Source of the DNA: an uncultured Gemmataceae bacterium
Lineage (GTDB): Bacteria; Planctomycetota; Planctomycetia; Gemmatales; Gemmataceae
Length of the DNA stretch: 64,000 nt
Assembly (NCBI GenBank): GCA_963750165.1
Contig: CAVVPN010000011.1
Coordinates: 1 to 64,000 of the forward strand
Direction of reading: 5' to 3'
Numbering within the stretch: position 1 is the first letter of the stretch; every line of letters starts with the position of its first letter. A model generated the notes under the pieces. That model did no database searches, was not told the DNA's origin, and worked only from the letters and a program-made list of their open reading frames with translations. Positions 22,442-32,700 of this stretch are shown here, in pieces. The translations under genes and the position numbers were made by a program.

Positions 22442-22594
22442 GCGTTTTTTTCCTATTTTTCTTGGCGAGAGGTTATGAACCGCTTTGTCCCGCCAAGTCC
22501 TGCTTTCTAACTTGTCAAGAAGAACTCCTTCGGCTTCGTCGTCTTTACTCCAGGGCAGGAGCCATCATGGCGCGACGCCAACTTACTCCCCAAC

Positions 22595-24294
22595 GGCACC
22601 ATCTCAAAAGGCCACTTTTTCAGGTTCGGCAGGTTGACAAAAGAGAAGGGAGCAAGACAACAGCTGCGTGTCAGCTGCCAGGCCAAACACGCACTGAGGC
22701 TCACTCCCATGCCCACCCTATCCCCCCTCACTTGGATCGGCAATGCCGCTGCCGTCTTGTCCGGCCCCTGGGGCGCCATCACCGCGCACGCCCGCGCCGC
22801 CGGCTGTAGCCGGCAGGCCGCTTACGAACAGGCCCAGCGCGTCCACCAAGCTGTCGCTGACGCCCAGGCCGGTGGCCCCTCCCGTGGCCAACTCCTCGCC
22901 GACTGCGCCCGCCTCCGCCAGGAGAACCATTCCTGACGCAAGCCCTCCGCGATGCCGTGCCCTTCGGCGCGGCCCGCCAGCGGCGGTTCGCCGCCACCGC
23001 AACCGCCCTCGGCTTGAGCCTTAACCAGGCCGGCGCTTTGCTGGCCTGCGTGCTGCCGGACGACAGCCGCCCCAGCCGTGCCACTCTGGGGCGCTGGGTC
23101 CAGGACGCGGCAGCGCGGGCCGGTCACGCTTTGGCAGTCCTCGATCGCGCTTGCCGGCCGGCCGTTCGGGAACTCTGCCTGGACGAGATCTTCTGCCGTC
23201 GCATGCCCGTACTCATGGGCGTCGAGCCCCACAGCCTCACCTGGGTGCTGGGCCAGCGCGGGCCCGACCGCAGCGGCGCTACCTGGCAGGAGGCGCTGCG
23301 GGCCTGGCCGCACCTGGACTACGTCGCGGCCGACGACGGCACCGGACTGCAGCGCGGCCTGGAGGGCCTCCGCGCCGACCGGCGTGCGGCCGAGGACGGC
23401 CGGCCGCTGCAGGTCAATCTGGATGTGTTCCACACGCGGCGTGAAGGGGAGAAAGCGTTGCGGCGCGAGTGGTCGGCAGCGCAAGCGGTGTGGGAGCAGG
23501 CGGAGCAGGCCGACCGGGCGTTAGCGCAGACCCGGCGCCGCGGGCAAGATCAGCGCGGGGACAAGCAGCGGGCGCTGCACGCCTGGGAGCAGGCGGAGCG
23601 GGCGTTCGCGGAGGCCTGTCGCCGCGAGGCCGCCTGGCGGCGGGCCGTGACGGCGTTGGACCTGTTCCGCCCCGATGGCCGGCTGAACGGCCGTGCTGCT
23701 GCGGAGGCGGAACTAGGCGCGGCGTTGCCGGACCTGGACGGGTCGCGGTGGGCCAAGGTGCGGCGGATGCTGGCGGACGCACGCAGCTTGACCTTCCTGG
23801 ATCGGCTGCACCGGGAGTTGGGGGAGGCGGAGCCACGCGCCGAGTTGCGGGAGGCGCTGGTGGCGTGGTGGCGGGTGCGGCACGCGACGCGGCCGGGGTG
23901 CGGTCCCAAGCCTGGCGGGGCGTGCGCGGTGGTGGCGCCGGTGGTGCGGGCGCTGGTGTGCGGGCTCACGGCGGCGGACTGGCACGGTGCGTACCGGCGG
24001 GTAGCGCGGGTGCTGGGGCGGGTGGTGCGGGCGAGCAGTGTGGTGGAGTGCCTGAACAGCGTGGTACGCATGCACCAGGCGCGGCACCGGACGTTGACCC
24101 AAGCGCTGCTGGACTTGAAGCGGCTGTATTGGAACTGCCGGGAGTTCGCGGGAGGGAAGCGTCGCGCGCAGTGCCCGTACCACCACCTGGGACTGCAGTT
24201 GCCGACCTACGACTGGTGGGAATTGCTGCACACCGAGCCGCAGCAACTGGAGTCGAAAGTGTCAACCCCGCCTGTGGCCGCTTGAGACGGTGCC
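22595..24294 (+). mobile_element. Unclassified Mutator/IS256-superfamily-like IS, 1700 bp, 9-bp TSD
   Basis: TIRs ggcaccatctcaaaaggccac / ggcaccgtctcaagcggccac (18/21); TSD ctccccaac at 22586-22594 and 24295-24303. Confidence 0.9.
22709..24285 (+). CDS. Putative DDE transposase, frameshift near 22930
   Basis: LCLDEIF (D), VAADDGTGL (D), LDVFH (DxxH) and ASSVVECLNS (E); fills the space between the TIRs. Confidence 0.8.
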
Positions 24295-24478
24295 CTCCCC
24301 AACAACTCCAGGAACTCCGTGATACGGCGGCCCAGTGGGGCAAAATCATCGCCCGCCGCGCCTTCGGCGACGACGGACCCGGACTCGACATCGATCTCGA
24401 TGCGATGCCATGGCACAGGTCGCTCAGGCCGCTACCGCCGGGCTCCACGAGGGCACCCTGCAAACCCTCCTGCACGAC

Positions 24479-26206
24479 GAGGCCATCAACAACTTTGCGA
24501 GACCAAGGCTGGGATGACGCCGGTGGTCAGGCACTTTTGGAGTGGCGCCGATACGGCGACCCGGGCCGCTCGGCGAAGTAGCGCTCCCAGCGGCCGTCCT
24601 CACTGAGCAGCGCCGCCCGCAGTTGCAGGATGGCCTCGGCACCCTCCGGGCGGTTCCAGTACTTCTGGCGGCTCTTGACCCGCGCGTTGAACTGCCCCAC
24701 CAGCGACTCCACCAGACTGCTCGTGATCGGCAACCCCTCCCGGCGGTAGCGCGGGTAGTCCATCCGCGCGGCGTTGTGCGACAGATAACTCAAGGCCTCG
24801 GCCACCGCCCGCCGGGGGTCGGTCGCCGGCAACTCCGCCCCCGGCGGCGGCTGACCCACCCGCCCCTGCCACTGCTGCAGTGCCGCCACCACCTCCGCGA
24901 CCCGCCCCTGCCAGCAGGCCCGCAGCCAGGCCACGTACTGCCCCCACCGTCCCGCCGCGTCCGCGCCCACCGCGAACGCCGCCGCGTAGACGTAGCAGAG
25001 CACGTGCAGGAAGTCCACGATCGGCACGAAGTCGGCGAAGTGCTTCTGCTGGAGGGCCCAGTTGTAGGCCGCCCCGTCGGCCACGAAGGCCCGCCGTGCC
25101 GCCCGGTAGAAGTCCCGCGCCTGCGCCTCGGCCGCCACCAGCGGCCCGAAGGTCTGGCTGTCCGCCAGGCTGGCCACGCAGGTGCGCAAGCGCTTCTTGG
25201 GTGCCCACGGCTCGGCCGCGGCCGGCTCGGCCGCGGCGCCGGCCGTCGTCTCCGGCGCCGCCGCCGAGTCCGGCGGGCCGTCCCCGGCTTGCCCGGCCAT
25301 CTGCCGCACCAGGCGCTCCACCCGCCGCGGTTGCAGGAAGGACGGCGGCGGCTCCGGCTGCGGGTCCTGGTCCGCGGCCGCGTCGGTCAGCGTGACCAGG
25401 CAGGCGATCTTGTCCTCCTTGTTCTCCAAGCCGCGCACGCCCGGCCCCGCGCCGGTGGCGCGCGTGCGCAGGCGGCCGCCATCGACCTCGACCGCCACCA
25501 CCTGCGGGGTCTGGGCCACGCACACCGGCCGCCGCCGGCGCGGTTGGGCGGCCCGGGCGTCGCGCTGCCGCGCCAGGTCGGCGCCCACCTCTTGGGCGAG
25601 CGTACGCACGTGCTGCGGCGAGATGGCCAGGCCGGCCAACGACAGCGCGTAGGCGGCGTCGGCGAAGGAGCCCAGCCGGGCGGCCGCCTCAGCGATCAGG
25701 CGCCGGGCGGCCGGGCTGTAGGCGTGGCTGTCCAGGCGGAGCGGGGGCCGCTGGGGGGAAAAAGTCCCGCCGGCAGGCGGGGCAGTGGCAGACCGGCTCG
25801 CGCTGCGGGAGGGTGCCGCCGGGGAAGGCCAGGGTGCGGGGTTCGCGCCGCACGGGGCACGGGGTGCCGCAGTCGGGACAGGGCTGTCGCTCCCCGAGGG
25901 CCTGGGCCTGTTGTTCGAGCAGCGTGGCCAGGGCGCCTTCGGTCAGGCCGGCGGCGGCGGCCCGGGCGAGTTGCTCCAGGGTGTCGAAGTCGGTGTCGAG
26001 GCCCGGTCCGTCGGCGCCGAAGGCGCGGCGGGCGACGATTTTGCCCCAGCCGGCGGCGAGGTCACGGATTTCCTGGAGGACTTCGGGAGAGAGTTCACGG
26101 CGCGGCATGGCAAATCCTGCCTTGTCCTTGCGGCGGAAGCGGCGGAGTAATTCCTCGCCCCTTTGTAACACACAGGATTCTGCCTTGCAAAGCTGTTGAT
26201 GGCCTC
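24479..26206 (-). mobile_element. ISKra4-like IS, 1728 bp, 9-bp TSD
   Basis: TIRs gaggccatcaacaactttgcgag / gaggccatcaacagctttgcaag; TSD ctgcacgac at 24470-24478 and 26207-26215. Confidence 0.9.
24527..26108 (-). CDS. ISKra4-like transposase in two frames (orfA 26108-25689; orfB about 25760-24527)
   Basis: orfA CPDC...CPACRRDFFP; orfB VEVDGG, VADGA, VDFLH, MDYPRYRREGLPITSSLVES. Confidence 0.85.
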
Positions 26207-26233
26207 CTGCACGACGGAGCTGGTGGCATAGCG

Positions 26234-26262
26234 TTGACAATGGCGCACGCGGATGGTAACGT
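26234..26262 (+). promoter_or_regulatory. Sigma70-type promoter of rnc
   Basis: TTGACA-17 bp-TAACGT with an extended -10 TG, about 40 bp before the ATG. Confidence 0.7.
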
Positions 26263-26303
26263 CAAGATAAAGTCCAGCCAACTTCACAGCGACGCGATTG
26301 CTT

Positions 26304-27032
26304 ATGCCACAGGAACTCACACTCGACCGCGAGGCGGAAATCCTCGAAGAATGTCAGAAGGTCCTCGGCTACCGCTTTCGCCAGCCGGAACTCTTGCGGT
26401 CGGCCCTGACCCACACTTCCGGCGCCGACACGCGCCTCTCGTCCAACGAACGCCTGGAATTTCTCGGCGATTCGGTGCTCGGTCTGGTCGCCTGCGAACA
26501 GCTCTTTCTGCGCTTTCCCGACTTCCAGGAAGGCGACCTGACCAAGATCAAGTCGGTGGTGGTCAGCCGCCGCTCCTGCGCTCGCTTCAGCCGGGCGCTG
26601 AATCTGGGCGACTACCTGTTCCTCGGCAAGGGCATGCACGGCCACCACGCGGTGCCGTCGAGCCTGTTGGCGGACGTGTTCGAGTCAGTGGTCGGCGCCG
26701 TCTACCTCGATGGCGGCCTGGACGCGGCCAAGCGCCTGATCCTGGAGTTCGTCGGCCCGGAGATCGAGCTGGTCGCGGGCGGCACGCACGGCTGCAACTT
26801 CAAGTCGATGCTCCAGCAGGTGGTACAGCGCGAGTACGGTGCCACGCCGCAGTACGAACTGCTCGACGAGAAGGGCCCCGACCACAGCAAATGCTTCAAG
26901 ATCGCCGCCTCGACGGGCCGCATTCGCTTCCCGGCGGCCTGGGGTCGCAACAAGAAAGAGGCGGAGCAGAAGGCAGCCATGAACGCCCTGGCGAAGATCA
27001 ACGGCGAACCCATTCCCTTCGAGAGCGACTGA
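26304..27032 (+). CDS. rnc: Ribonuclease III
   Basis: ALTHTS, NERLEFLGD, LADVFES; C-terminal dsRBD GPDHSKCF...KKEAEQKAA. Confidence 0.97.
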   Translation: MPQELTLDREAEILEECQKVLGYRFRQPELLRSALTHTSGADTRLSSNERLEFLGDSVLGLVACEQLFLRFPDFQEGDLTKIKSVVVSRRSCARFSRALNLGDYLFLGKGMHGHHAVPSSLLADVFESVVGAVYLDGGLDAAKRLILEFVGPEIELVAGGTHGCNFKSMLQQVVQREYGATPQYELLDEKGPDHSKCFKIAASTGRIRFPAAWGRNKKEAEQKAAMNALAKINGEPIPFESD

Positions 27033-27048
27033 CGCTCGCACGCCGCGT

Positions 27049-27342
27049 ATGCCGATGCCCCCCTACCCAGTGCTGTGCTACACACGCGGCTGCGGCCGGC
27101 CCGCCGTCTTCAAGATCGCCGCGCGCTGGACCGACGGCCTGACTGCCGAGTTGAAGACCTACGCGCTGTGCTGTGCCGAGTGCCTGCCCGACTGGTTCCA
27201 CCGCAGTCGCCAGAAGCAGAAGGAGTGCCGGCTCACTGCCGGCGAGCAGCTGGACGCGCCGAACATCTTTCACCTGGAGCGCGGCCAGCGCGACCAGCAG
27301 CTGCGCCGCGCCACGGACCTGGAAGCGCAACTGGGCGAGTGA
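27049..27342 (+). CDS. Small Cys-rich (zinc-finger-like) hypothetical protein
   Basis: CYTRGC ... LCCAEC; directly downstream of rnc. Confidence 0.75.
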   Translation: MPMPPYPVLCYTRGCGRPAVFKIAARWTDGLTAELKTYALCCAECLPDWFHRSRQKQKECRLTAGEQLDAPNIFHLERGQRDQQLRRATDLEAQLGE

Positions 27343-27440
27343 TCTGCCGGCGAGCGACCCCCTGCCGTTTGCCCTTGCACCGGGACCGACCCGAGCGTAT
27401 ATCCCCCGACCGCCGCCCGCCACTGCGTAAGGGGAGAGCC

Positions 27441-28376
27441 ATGCACGTCCGGTTGCTCGATCTCGATGGCAGTTTTGCCCTCCAGAATGTCCTGCACAAC
27501 CGCTACCGGCCGGCCGTGTACGAGGCCCGGGCCTGGGGCCGGCGCATCCGCATGGGGTGCAGTTTCGGCCGTTTTCGCCGCTTCGAGGAGGCGTTGTCGC
27601 TCCTGTGCCAGGACGAACCGCCCGGGCCGGCGTTGACCTTCTACGGCTCAGGCGACTTCCATCACGTGAGCCTGGCGCTGTTGCGCCGGCTGGAGCAGCC
27701 GTTCAATCTGCTGGTGCTGGACAACCACCCCGACTGGATGCGCGGCATTCCGTTCCTGCACTGCGGCACCTGGCTGTACCACGCGGCCCAGCTGCCGAAC
27801 GTTGAGCGCATCTTTCACGTTGGCGGCGACGTGGATTTCGACAACTCCTACCGCTGGTTGGCGCCGTGGCGGCAGTTGCGGGCGGGCAAAATACAGGTCT
27901 TCCCCAGCATCCGCCAGTTTTACGGTGGCGGCTGGCGCGGCGTGCCACACTGCCCGCTGCGGCCGCAGCCGACCGAACCGACCAGTGCCAGCCGGCTGGC
28001 GGAGTTGCTGGCCCCGTACCGCTTCGAGCTGCGGCGCTGGCCGCTGTACATTTCGCTGGACAAGGACGTGCTGGTCGAGAGTGACGCGGTGGTGAACTGG
28101 GATTCGGGCAAGTTGACGCTGCCGGAAGTGGCGCAGGTGTTGCAAACGTTCGTGGGTGCGGCAGATGGCCGGTTGGCGGGGGCGGACATTGTTGGCGACT
28201 GGTCGCCGGTGCGGTTGCAGGGCTGGCTGCGGCGGGTGCTGCACTGGACCGAACACCCGCCGCTGAACATCGAAGAACTGCGGGCCGTGCGCTGCAACGA
28301 GCGCACCAACCTGGCGCTGCTGCACACGCTGGGCATCCGCCCCGGCACCGCCACCCACCGGCTGGCAGTGGCTTGA
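27441..28376 (+). CDS. Arginase-fold / UPF0489-like metal-dependent hydrolase
   Basis: GSGDFHHVS, LDNHPD and YISLDKDVL. Confidence 0.8.
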   Translation: MHVRLLDLDGSFALQNVLHNRYRPAVYEARAWGRRIRMGCSFGRFRRFEEALSLLCQDEPPGPALTFYGSGDFHHVSLALLRRLEQPFNLLVLDNHPDWMRGIPFLHCGTWLYHAAQLPNVERIFHVGGDVDFDNSYRWLAPWRQLRAGKIQVFPSIRQFYGGGWRGVPHCPLRPQPTEPTSASRLAELLAPYRFELRRWPLYISLDKDVLVESDAVVNWDSGKLTLPEVAQVLQTFVGAADGRLAGADIVGDWSPVRLQGWLRRVLHWTEHPPLNIEELRAVRCNERTNLALLHTLGIRPGTATHRLAVA

Positions 28377-28379
28377 TCG

Positions 28380-28432
28380 AAAAGGAATTCACCACAGAGA
28401 ACGCTCCGCGTTCTCTGTGGTGAATTCCTTTT
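28380..28432. terminator. Bidirectional terminator-like hairpin between convergent genes
   Basis: Perfect 25-bp arms aaaaggaattcaccacagagaacgc / gcgttctctgtggtgaattcctttt. Confidence 0.8.
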
Positions 28433-29041
28433 TCAGCACTTGCGCAGGACGCCGACCAGGACGCCGAGGATGCGCGGCGACTCGGACTTGGGCACGATGA
28501 TCGGCTGCATGGTGTCGTTGGCCGGCTCCAGGCGGATGTGGTCGGCCTCGTCGTAGAAATACTTCAGCGTCGCCTCGCCGTCGATCAGGGCCACCACCCG
28601 TTCGCCGTTGCGGGCGGTCTCCTTCTTCTGGATGACGACGTAATCCCCGTCGGCGATGTGATCCTCGATCATCGACTGGCCGCGCACCTGCAGGGCGAAG
28701 CGGTCTGGACCGGCGAACAGGTCGCCAAACTCCAGGCGCTCCTCTGGCTGCTCAATGGCCTCGGCCGGCGTGCCCGCGGCCACGCGGCCCAGCAGCGGCA
28801 GACTGGCGTTCTGCGGATGGTGGTCGAGCAGCTGAATCGCGCGCGCCGAGAAGGTCTCGCGCTTGATCAGGCCCTTGCTTTCCAGGGCCTTCAGGTGACA
28901 CATGACCCCGTTGGGTGACTTGATGCCGAAGTGCGTGCCGATCTCGCGCACCGTGGGCCCGTAGCCGCGCGACTCGATTTTCTTGCGGATGAACTCGTAA
29001 ATTTCGCGCTGGCGCTCGGTCAATCGACTGAAATCCGGCAT
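28433..29041 (-). CDS. lexA: SOS repressor LexA
   Basis: LTERQREIY, GPTVREI, VAAG cleavage site, GQSM (Ser) and TLK (Lys). Confidence 0.97.
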   Translation of the reverse strand: MPDFSRLTERQREIYEFIRKKIESRGYGPTVREIGTHFGIKSPNGVMCHLKALESKGLIKRETFSARAIQLLDHHPQNASLPLLGRVAAGTPAEAIEQPEERLEFGDLFAGPDRFALQVRGQSMIEDHIADGDYVVIQKKETARNGERVVALIDGEATLKYFYDEADHIRLEPANDTMQPIIVPKSESPRILGVLVGVLRKC

Positions 29042-29182
29042 GGTGAAACCCCCTGCAAGTAAAACTGTGGTGAACGGTTACCGAGCACGGTGGACGCGCC
29101 CGGACAATAAGCTCCTTTTCCTATCCGTGAAGCATTTCTTGCCAACATGCCAGCCTGCACTCCCGGCTGCCCTCTGCTTCGG

Positions 29183-29245
29183 TGTACTGCTGAACTACAT
29201 CGACAACCATTCAACATGAATAACAGTATATTATACGTTAGTACA
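29183..29245 (-). promoter_or_regulatory. lexA promoter with candidate operators
   Basis: TATAAT on the minus strand at 29230-29235, flanked by TGTAC-N4-GTACA-like imperfect palindromes. Confidence 0.5.
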
Positions 29246-29736
29246 CAAAAAAAGAGAAAAAACCCTCCCTGGAGAAAAGTTTTCCTCCTCGTGGGATCGG
29301 CTTTTTCGGACCTTCGATTCCCTGGGTGATGGTGGCGACCAGGTCGCCGTCAGTCGCTGGACCGGCATCGACTCGCCCGTGTTTGGGTGCCGATCAGCAG
29401 CACGTTTGTGGAGAAAATAACACTCGGGATAGGGTTTTTACTTGCTTTTCTTCGATCCGTTGTCATTCTGTGAGAATTATGAGAGACGTTTCGTCTGGGG
29501 ATGGCTACTGAGACTGTCGTTGCGGCTGGTTCACCCAAATCCTACCTGGTTGACGAACCTCCCTTCCACTCACAAATCCCCGGAAGACGCGCCGTGCGGT
29601 GACCCAGGAAACGGTAAGGCCGGACTGGACCGGCACCTGGGCACGCGCAGCCGTGGCGGCGCAGTGCACAGCCTGTGCCCGCGGTGGCGTTTGCCGTCGC
29701 ACCCCTGTGATCCCAAGGGATCTGGAGCGAACACCG

Positions 29737-32700
29737 ATGCGATTCTCCTCGTGGCTTTCCGTGCGGCGGATGTCTGGCAATCTTCCAGGTCACACCGAGT
29801 CTCGTCGCCGGCCAACCCGGCCGTGCTGGTGGCGGCTGTGCGTCGAGCGGCTCGAAGACCGACTGGCGCCCGCCAGCGCCCAGATGCAGCAGGCTTACGG
29901 CCAACTGCCGCTCAGCTTTGAGGCCAACGTCGGTCAGACCGCGGCCCAGGTGCAATACCTGTCGAGCGGCAACGGCTATGCCCTCTTCCTCACCTCGACC
30001 GGCGCCGTGCTCAGCCTGACGCAACCGGCGGCCGGCGGGACCGCCAAGACCTCGCCGCTGACCAGTACTACCGGCGTGGCCCTGGCGATGAACCTGGTGG
30101 GCGCCAACCCGCAGGCGTCGGTTAGCGGCCTCGACAAGCAAGCGGGCGTGAGCAACTACTTCATCGGCAACGATCCGAGCCAGTGGCACACCAACATCGC
30201 CAATTACAGCCAGGTCGAATACCAGGATGTCTACCCGGGCGTCAATCTGGTCTACTACGGCAACCAGCAGCAACTGGAGTACGACTTCGTGGTCGCCCCG
30301 GGCGCGAAGCCGTCGAACATCCAACTCAACTTCCAGGGGCAGGACAGCATGAGCCTGGACGCCCAGGGCGACCTGGTGCTGCACACCGCTACCGGCGACG
30401 TGCTGCAACACGCCCCGGTCGTTTACCAGGAAATCAATGGCGTGCGCCAGACGGTGTCGGGGCAGTTCGTGCTCGGCACTCAGGGTCAGGTCAGTTTTCA
30501 GGTCGGCGCTTACGATAAGGGATTGCCGCTGACCATCGACCCGATGCTCGTCTACAGCACCTACCTCGGCGGTAACAGTGAGGACGACGGCCTCGCCATC
30601 GCGGTGGACGGCTCGGGCAACGCCTACGTCACTGGTGACACCGAATCCACCAACTTTCCCACCACCACCGGCGCCTTCCAGGCAAGTCCCGGCGGCGGCT
30701 ATGACGCCTTCGTGACCAAGCTCAACGCGGCCGGCACGGCTATCAATTACAGCACCTATCTCGGCGGCAACGGTGCTGACTACGGCTACCGCATCGCGGT
30801 GGACGGCGCGGGCAGCGCCTACGTGACCGGCTTCACCCAGTCCTCCAACTTTCCCACCACTGCCGGCGCCTTCCAGACCAGTCACGGCAGCGACGGCGGT
30901 CTCTACGACGCCTTCGTGACCAAGCTGAACGCGACCGGGACCGCCCTCAGCTACAGCACCTACCTCGGCGGTAACAACCAGGACGAGGGCTCGGGCATCG
31001 CGGTGGACGGCGCGGGCAACGCCTACGTCACGGGCTACACTTCCTCCACCAATTTCCCCACCACTACCGGCGCCTTCCAGACCAACTACGGCGGCGCCCC
31101 GGATGCTTTTGTGACCAAGCTGAACGCAACCGGCACGACCCTCGTGTACAGCACCTACCTCGGCGGCAGCGGCGGCGCTCGCGCCAACGGCCTCGCGGTG
31201 GATGCCTCGGGCAACGCCTACATCACCGGCTACACTTACTCCAGCAACTTCCCTACCACCGCCGGCGCCTTCCAGACCAGTTCCGGCGGCACCGAAGACG
31301 CCTTCGTGACCAAGCTGAACGCGGCCGGGGCGGCCCTGATCTACAGCACCTACCTCGGGGGCGACAGCTATGACGACGGCTACGCCATCGCGGTGGACGG
31401 CGCGGGCAGCGCCTACGTGACCGGCTTCACCCAGTCCTCCAACTTTCCCACCACTGCCGGCGCCTTCCAGAGCAGCCATGCCAGCGACGGCGGCACCGAC
31501 GACGCCTTCGTGACCGAGCTGAACGCGGCCGGCACCGCCCTCAGCTACAGCACCTACCTCGGCGGCAACCAGTTCGACTTGGGCACGGGCATCGCGGTGG
31601 ATAGCGCGGGCAACGCCTATGTCATCGGCTACACCGCTTCCACCGACTTTCCCACCACTGCCGGCGCCTTCCAGACCAGTCACGGCAGCGACGGCGGTCT
31701 CTACGATGCCTTCGTGACCAAGCTGAACGCGACCGGGACCGCCCTCAGCTACAGCACCTATCTCGGCGGTAACAACCAGGACGAGGGCTCGGGCATCGCG
31801 GTGGACGGCGCGGGCAACGCCTACGTCACGGGCTACACTTCCTCCACCAATTTCCCCACCACTACCGGCGCCTTCCAGACGAGTTATAGCGGAGGCCAAG
31901 ACGCCGCCTTTGTGGCCAAGTTCGGCCTCGCGTCGCCGACAACAACGACGCTAACCGCTAACGGGCCCAACCCGTCGCTTGTTGGCCAAAGCGTCGGCTT
32001 CACCGTGCAGGTGTCGCCCGCGCCCCCGGATGGCGAATCGGTTAGCCTGGAAGACGCCAGCAACGGCAACGTCGTTGTCGGCACGGGAACCCTGACGAAC
32101 GGCTCGGCCACCATCACCTTGTCCAGCCTGGCGGTTGGCGTGCATAACCTGGTCGCGGTCTACGGCGGTGATGGCCCCAACCTCGGCAGCACATCCAGTC
32201 CCGTGACCCAGACCGTGAACCAGCTCTGGAACGAATTCAACGGCAACGCCCAGCACACGGGCATCTCAAGCGTGGCGGCCCAACCCACGGACCAGATTCT
32301 CTGGCAGACCTCGGTCAACCTGCAGGGCTCGTACTTCTGGCACACGGGCGAGCCGGTCTTCACACCCAATGACACGGTCATCGTGCCGGTCAAGGTCACC
32401 TCGTCCGGGCAGCAGACCGGGACCGCCAATTACGAACTGGAAGCCTTCAACGGCAACACGGGAACTCTCCTCTGGACCGTGACCAGCGAATACATCGCGG
32501 TGAGCAACGGCTGGCTGCCCCCCTACCAGCCCGTGTACGATCCGATCACCAACCACGTCTACTTCCCGGGCCTCGGCGGCACCCTCGAATACATCAGCAA
32601 TCCCGACAACCCCGGCAGCTCCACGCCGACGCCCACGGTGGAGGAGTTCTACGGGACTTACACCTCGGCCTACGACTCGTCGATCTACATCGACACGCCG

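Larger units (their letters stand above)
22469..24478 (+). pseudogene. Relic ISKra4-like element (left end plus orfA), interrupted by an IS at 22595-24294
   Basis: End gaggttatgaaccgctttg resembles the end of the intact element and lies the same 98 bp from its ATG (22567); removing the insert restores MARRQLTPQQLQELRDTAAQWGKIIARRAFGDDGPGLD. Confidence 0.82.

Noticed and set aside
24542..27142. 866-aa plus-strand ORF
   Set aside because: Low-complexity Arg/Gly/Pro translation that crosses an IS boundary and rnc out of frame.
29211..29242. dif-like ATAA...TATATTAT sequence
   Set aside because: The XerD arm does not match TTATGTTAAAT; better explained as the lexA promoter.
30550..31920. Possible CRISPR or DGR template/variable repeat pair
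   Set aside because: In-frame SBBP protein repeats; differences are not adenine-specific and no reverse transcriptase is present.
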